Below are positions 59,170 to 64,000 of a stretch of DNA of 64,000 nt, piece after piece (within the stretch, counting starts at the first letter, position 1; each line of letters starts with the position of its first letter). Location: NCBI GenBank assembly GCA_026413325.1, contig JANZYW010000001.1, positions 1,616 to 65,615 of the forward strand, written 5' to 3'. Position numbers and translations under genes: made by a program. The notes beneath the pieces were generated by a model. That model did no database searches, had not been told where the DNA came from, and was given only the letters and a program-made list of their open reading frames with translations. Source of the DNA: Bacteroidia bacterium (GTDB lineage Bacteria > Bacteroidota > Bacteroidia > SpSt-205).

Positions 59170-60627
59170 TTATTCCCTTCCATTCTGCCAGGACCCATAC
59201 CAGCTATGCGCTATCCAGTCTATGAGGGCTTGGAGAGCTTCCCTCTCTTCTGGACTGAGGGGGCGATTATCTAATAACTCTGGTCGGAAATGCTCCTCTA
59301 CAAAGTGGGTATGCGTCAACCCTGCCTGAAAGACAGGATGAGCAAGAACAAATCGAACAAAATCGATGGTAGTCTGAACCCCAACTACAGCGAAATTGGC
59401 CAGAGCTTGATCTAATCTTTGAATAGCAGAAATGCGATCGGGTCCCCATGCGATTACTTTCGCTAACATGGGGTCATAAAAAAGGGGCACCAGCTGGCCC
59501 TCCTCATAGCCATTATCGATTCGCACGCCTTCCAACCGAGGAAGTTCGTATGAGTAAAGCACGCCTGTACTGGGAAGGAAACCTGCTCGGGGATCCTCCG
59601 CATAGACTCTTGCCTCTATAGCATGCCCTCGACAGCTTATTTCCTCTTGAGAAAGAGGAAGTCGCTCGCCCTGTGCCACACGAAGCTGCCACTCCACTAA
59701 ATCTACTCCTGTAATCGCTTCTGTCACGGGATGCTCTACCTGGAGGCGAGTGTTTACTTCGAGGAAGTAAAAGTTTTCTTCCGCATCCACGATGAACTCC
59801 ACAGTGCCTGCTTGTGTATATCCTGCGGCCCGTATCAGGCGTAAGGCGGCTTCTCCCATGGCTTTCCGGGTTTCTTCCTTGAGATGAGGGGCAGGAGCTT
59901 CCTCGATTACCTTCTGATGGCGACGCTGGATAGAGCATTCTCTCTCATACAGATATACAGCATTCCCGTGGAGGTCGGAAAATACCTGGATTTCAATGTG
60001 ACGGGGCTTATCGATATATCTTTCTAAGAAAACGCTGTCATCTCCAAAGGCTGCCAAGGCTTCGCTGCGGGCCCGAGCCATAGCTTCTTGTAGGTCTGCT
60101 TCGGAGAACACCTTGCGCATTCCCTTTCCTCCTCCTCCCGCAGCTGCCTTAATCAACAGTGGGAAGCCGATGCGTTTTGCTTCTACGAGGGCCTCTCCCT
60201 CTCTGACCGCATGTGCTGTCCCAGGGACAAGTGGAACCGCCACCTCTCGAGCGATCTGTTTAGCTGTCACTTTGTTACCCAGCTTTTCCATCGCCTCAGG
60301 CGTAGGCCCCACGAAACAGAGCCCCGCCTCCCGCACTGCTCGAGCAAAGGCAGGATTCTCAGAAAGGAAACCATATCCAGGATGAACCGCATCCGCACCA
60401 GTAGCCCGCGCTGCCTCCAGAATCTTGGGTATGTTGAGGTAGCTTTCGGCAGGCAGATTGCCTCCGAGAAAATAGCGTTCATCTGCCATTTCCACGTGAG
60501 GAGCATATCGGTCTGCCTCGCTGTATATCGCTACAGTACGGATACCCATTCGCTGAGCCGTACGTTGGACGCGACAGGCGATTTCACCCCGATTGGCAAC
60601 CAGAAGCTTTTGAATCTTAGGCATCAC
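59170..60627 (-). CDS. accC: Biotin carboxylase (AccC-like, ATP-grasp). No BCCP domain is present.
   Basis: N-terminal biotin-carboxylase domain (KLLVANRGEIACRV), ATP-grasp core, and biotin-carboxylase C-terminal domain. 485 aa. Confidence 0.8.
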   Translation of the reverse strand: MMPKIQKLLVANRGEIACRVQRTAQRMGIRTVAIYSEADRYAPHVEMADERYFLGGNLPAESYLNIPKILEAARATGADAVHPGYGFLSENPAFARAVREAGLCFVGPTPEAMEKLGNKVTAKQIAREVAVPLVPGTAHAVREGEALVEAKRIGFPLLIKAAAGGGGKGMRKVFSEADLQEAMARARSEALAAFGDDSVFLERYIDKPRHIEIQVFSDLHGNAVYLYERECSIQRRHQKVIEEAPAPHLKEETRKAMGEAALRLIRAAGYTQAGTVEFIVDAEENFYFLEVNTRLQVEHPVTEAITGVDLVEWQLRVAQGERLPLSQEEISCRGHAIEARVYAEDPRAGFLPSTGVLYSYELPRLEGVRIDNGYEEGQLVPLFYDPMLAKVIAWGPDRISAIQRLDQALANFAVVGVQTTIDFVRFVLAHPVFQAGLTHTHFVEEHFRPELLDNRPLSPEEREALQALIDWIAHSWYGSWQNGRE

Positions 60628-61961
60628 TTCCTACGGAAAAGCGGATGGGCTTGACGGGGGTCCCTCCCCTGCGCATGAAGCTTCCCTAAGCTCTTAATGA
60701 GCTTCCGCATTTGCTCAAACTCACGCAGTAGCTGATTTACCTGCTGGACAGAAGTACCACTGCCTGATGCGATGCGACGCCGCCGAGAGCCGTTGATAAT
60801 AAGAGGGTTTCTGCGCTCTTCTGGCGTCATAGAAAGGATAATGGCTTCGATGTGCTTGAATGTCTTCTCATCGATGTCTACCTCTTTCATCTGTGAGAAG
60901 CCAGGGATCATCGCCAGCAGGTCTTTGATATTTCCCATTTTCCGAAGGGTACGGAGCTGGTCCAGCATATCCTCCAGATCAAACTTGTTCTTTCGAAGTT
61001 TCTCCTGAAGCTTTTGAGCTTTTTCTGCATCGTACTGGGCCTGTGCTCTTTCTACGAAGGAAACGATGTCCCCCATGCCGAGGATCCGACTGGCTATCCG
61101 GTCGGGATAGAAAGGGTCCAGGTCCTCTGGCTTCTCCCCAACACCGATAAACTTAATAGGAAGATGGGTAGCCGCCCGGAGAGAAAGCGCAGCCCCCCCT
61201 CGTGCATCCCCATCCATCTTGGAAAGTACAAAGCCCGAAAGCGAAACCGCTTCCCGAAAGGCCTGAGCTGTCGTCACGGCGTCTTGCCCCGTCATCGCAT
61301 CAAGGACGAGCAATACTTCCGTGGGCTTGAGCACTGCCTCCATATGGCGCAGCTCCTCCATCAGATCCTTGTCAGGCGTCTGTCGCCCCGCCGTATCCAC
61401 GATCACGACTTCCCGAGCCTGCTGCTTAGCAGCTACCAAGCCTCTTTGTACCAGAGCTATAGCATCCGTAGCTCCCTCCTCCCGGTAGTACGGTACTTCG
61501 ATTTTCTCAGCTAAAACCGCCAACTGCTCCGCAGCAGCAGGTCTATAGATATCCGCCGCGATGAGAAAGGGCGCCCGCCCTTGCTTTTTGAGGTACAAAG
61601 CTAACTTCGCTGTAAAGGTGGTCTTCCCCGCTCCATTCAAGCCAACTACCATATAGAGGGTGGGGGGAAGGGAAGCAAATCGCAGTGGCTCTTGCCGCTC
61701 CCCCAGTAGCTTTACCAGCTCATCATAAAGAATCTTCACAAAGAGTTGGGAGGGGGTAACAGACTTAATAACTTCCTGGCCGATCGCTTGCTCCCTAACT
61801 CGTTCTGTAAAGTCTTTTGCTATTTTGTAGTTTACATCTGCTTCTACAAGAGCACGGCGAACCTCTTTCACCGCATCTGCGATATTCGCTTCTGTGAGCC
61901 GAGCCCTGCCTGCCAACGTGCGGAACGTTTGTGTCAATCGCTCCGTTATGGCTTCAAACAT
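60624..61961 (-). CDS. ffh: Signal recognition particle protein Ffh.
   Basis: N-terminus MFEAITERLTQTFRTLAGRARLTEANIADAVKEVRRALVEADV parallels E. coli Ffh. GTPase motifs GLNGAGKTT, DTAGR. Met-rich C-terminal M-domain. Confidence 0.92.
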   Translation of the reverse strand: MFEAITERLTQTFRTLAGRARLTEANIADAVKEVRRALVEADVNYKIAKDFTERVREQAIGQEVIKSVTPSQLFVKILYDELVKLLGERQEPLRFASLPPTLYMVVGLNGAGKTTFTAKLALYLKKQGRAPFLIAADIYRPAAAEQLAVLAEKIEVPYYREEGATDAIALVQRGLVAAKQQAREVVIVDTAGRQTPDKDLMEELRHMEAVLKPTEVLLVLDAMTGQDAVTTAQAFREAVSLSGFVLSKMDGDARGGAALSLRAATHLPIKFIGVGEKPEDLDPFYPDRIASRILGMGDIVSFVERAQAQYDAEKAQKLQEKLRKNKFDLEDMLDQLRTLRKMGNIKDLLAMIPGFSQMKEVDIDEKTFKHIEAIILSMTPEERRNPLIINGSRRRRIASGSGTSVQQVNQLLREFEQMRKLIKSLGKLHAQGRDPRQAHPLFRRK

Positions 61962-62121
61962 AGGCGACAAAGATACCATCTTTCAGGGGTCTCCTTAATA
62001 AAATTGCAAAATGATGGCCCAACTCGATGTCCCCCCTACTGTATCTATTCGCTTGGTCTCTTAGGAAAGTACGGGAGCCTAGACCCTTCCGCTGCGGCCT
62101 CAGTTCCCCCAACTTTGTCAT

Positions 62122-62823
62122 ATGTCTCCCTCTCCAGCCCAAAAAGCGGCATACATCCTGCCAATCCTGGAAACCCGCTATGGTACTGTTACGACCGAGC
62201 TTCACTACCAAAACCCCTATCAACTCACTGTGGCGGTCGTTCTATCCGCCCAATGTACCGATGTACGAGTCAATCAAACAACTCCTGCTTTTTTCGAACG
62301 GTTTCCAGATTTCAAGACACTTGCCCAAGCCACTCCCGAAGAGGTCTTTCCTTACATCCGAAGCATTTCGTATCCCAATAGCAAAGCCAACCGCTTAGTG
62401 GAACTGGCTCAAGCAGTGATGAATAGATACAAAGGGGAACTACCCAAAGCCCCCGAAGAACTTCAGAAGCTGCCGGGGATAGGCCGCAAAAGCGCAAATG
62501 TAATCAGCTCTGTATTGTGGGAAGCTCCAGTCATAGCTGTAGACACCCATGTGTTTCGAGTGAGCCGCCGCTTAGGTTTGGCTAAGGGCAATAGTCCCGA
62601 AAAGGTAGAAGAGGAGCTACAAGCCATTATCCCCTCACCCTACTTGGGGAGAGCCCATCATTGGCTGATCTTATTCGGGCGGTATCACTGCACTGCGCGA
62701 AATCCGCAGTGTGGGAGCTGCCCATTTACGGAAATCTGCGAGTACTATGCCCTCCAGCAGTCCTCTCCCCCCACATCGCCTCTTCGACGAAAGCCAAATA
62801 CTGGTACAAGGAAGAAAAAGTAA
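62122..62823 (+). CDS. nth: Endonuclease III (DNA glycosylase/AP lyase).
   Basis: HhH-GPD region LPGIGRKSANVI. C-terminal 4Fe-4S Cys cluster (CTARNPQCGSCPF…IC). Confidence 0.88.
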   Translation: MSPSPAQKAAYILPILETRYGTVTTELHYQNPYQLTVAVVLSAQCTDVRVNQTTPAFFERFPDFKTLAQATPEEVFPYIRSISYPNSKANRLVELAQAVMNRYKGELPKAPEELQKLPGIGRKSANVISSVLWEAPVIAVDTHVFRVSRRLGLAKGNSPEKVEEELQAIIPSPYLGRAHHWLILFGRYHCTARNPQCGSCPFTEICEYYALQQSSPPTSPLRRKPNTGTRKKK

Positions 62824-62868
62824 CCTATCACGCCTACACTCTTACAAGCAATCCCCTACATTCGCTAC

Positions 62869-63522
62869 ATGGCTATAGTCTTGTTAAGTGGAGGGCAAGA
62901 CTCTACCACTGCTCTACTATGGGCGCTCGAGAATCTGCCCGGCCCTTTGCACTCATTGACTTTTTTATATGGGCAGCGACACGCTACGGAGATAGCACAA
63001 GCCCAGCGGATCGCCGCCAAGCTGAGGGTTCCTCACAGCTGCCTCGACCTGGGAAGATTGTGGGAAGCCCTCTCGGTAGGGACGGCTCTCACGGCTGAAG
63101 AGCCTATCACTACAGCGGCCACAGGTCTCCCAACGACTTTCGTCCCGGGGAGAAATCTCGTCTTCCTTACCGCTGCGGCAGCGTGGGGTTACCCACGAGG
63201 CGAACGAGAGCTGATTATCGGAGTCAGTCAAGTAGATTATAGTGGCTACCCTGATTGTAGAGAGGCCTTCCTTCAATCGGCACAAGTGACGCTAAGCTAC
63301 GCATTAGACCAGCCGATACAGATTCACGCTCCTTTCCTTCAGTGGGATAAATCCGAAATATGGCGCTATGCGGACAGACTGGGTTATCGAGAATTTATCG
63401 CAGAAGAAACGCATACTTGTTACAGAGGGGACCGTAGTCATCGATATCCTTGGGGGTATGGCTGCGGCACCTGTCCAGCTTGCCAACTGCGCCGAATGGG
63501 ATACGAGAAAGCTTTTGGCTAA
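62869..63522 (+). CDS. queC: 7-cyano-7-deazaguanine synthase.
   Basis: PP-loop VLLSGGQDSTT. C-terminal Zn-binding CxxC…CxxC (CYRGDRS…CGTCPACQLR). Confidence 0.88.
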   Translation: MAIVLLSGGQDSTTALLWALENLPGPLHSLTFLYGQRHATEIAQAQRIAAKLRVPHSCLDLGRLWEALSVGTALTAEEPITTAATGLPTTFVPGRNLVFLTAAAAWGYPRGERELIIGVSQVDYSGYPDCREAFLQSAQVTLSYALDQPIQIHAPFLQWDKSEIWRYADRLGYREFIAEETHTCYRGDRSHRYPWGYGCGTCPACQLRRMGYEKAFG

Positions 63523-63531
63523 CTTTGCGCT

Positions 63532-64000
63532 ATGACCCCCGAGATTCAACATCTCCTCAAGGCAGCCGAGGAGCACATGAAAAAATCTCTTTCCCACTAT
63601 GATGAACTGTTTGGCAAAATCCGAGCGGGCAAAGCCACCCCAGCCCTCATCGAACATCTTAAAGTCGACTATTACGGAGCTCCGACTCCCATTAAGCATG
63701 TGGCCACCTTCAGCATACAAGATGCCCGGACATTGCTCGTACAACCCTATGAGCCCAACCTAACGAAAGCTATCGAAAAATCCATAGCGGAGGCGAATCT
63801 GGGACTCTCGGTCGCCACCGATGGCAAAGCTGTCCGAGTAGCCTTCCCCTCCCTCACGGAGGAGCAGCGAAAGCGATTCGTGAAGCAAGTCAAAGATTTG
63901 GCAGAGGAAGGGAGGGTCGCTATCCGAAATATCCGCCGAGATAGCTTAGAAGACCTGCGGAAACTTACAAAAAACGGCATACCAGAGGATCTGGTTCGAA
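63532..64000 (+). CDS. frr: Ribosome recycling factor, 3'-truncated at the window edge.
   Basis: Manual translation (MTPEIQHLLKAAEEHMKKSLSHYDELFGKIRAGKATPALIEHLKVDYYGAPTPIKHVATF…) aligns with Frr. No stop occurs before the window ends. Confidence 0.8.
   Translation, partial: MTPEIQHLLKAAEEHMKKSLSHYDELFGKIRAGKATPALIEHLKVDYYGAPTPIKHVATFSIQDARTLLVQPYEPNLTKAIEKSIAEANLGLSVATDGKAVRVAFPSLTEEQRKRFVKQVKDLAEEGRVAIRNIRRDSLEDLRKLTKNGIPEDLVR

Noticed and set aside
1-64000. CRISPR array or other regular direct-repeat array.
   Set aside because: No periodic repeat-spacer structure was seen anywhere. The only repetitive tract is the degenerate codon-level repeat inside gldN.

Overview
This 64-kb window looks like a gene-dense chromosomal segment from a moderately GC-rich member of the Bacteroidota/Rhodothermota lineage. 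The lineage call rests on a porP/sprF-gldK-gldL-gldM-gldN type IX secretion and gliding core on the minus strand (about 50.3-55.8 kb), a secreted protein with a T9SS C-terminal sorting domain, several lipoproteins and Bacteroidetes-style family arrangements. Most of the window is housekeeping. It includes ruvC, gltX, a Glu dehydrogenase, ribH, thiS-thiO, trpS, a tig-clpP-clpX operon placed just downstream of two co-oriented tRNAs, bioA, gcvP, dcd-lpxD, ispF, kynA, ffh, nth, queC and frr, plus stand-alone nuoF and nuoH. I found no CRISPR array, transposase or integrase, recognisable defence system or rRNA. The more unusual items are a 1398-aa membrane-anchored PAS/GAF-SpoIIE(PP2C) phosphatase; a Trx-NHL protein, an orphan AAA+ ATPase and a PSP1 protein adjacent to each other (12.3-16.4 kb); a block of three uncharacterised lipoproteins (21.4-24.2 kb); a roughly 700-bp gene-free, GC-rich gap upstream of bioA that may hold a structured RNA or leader; a RibH homologue with an internal insertion of about 55 aa; and a GldN carrying a Gly/Asp/Glu/Phe low-complexity insertion. 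All calls come from reading the translated ORFs and the nucleotide sequence by eye. No database search was run, so family assignments rest on remembered motifs and are graded accordingly.
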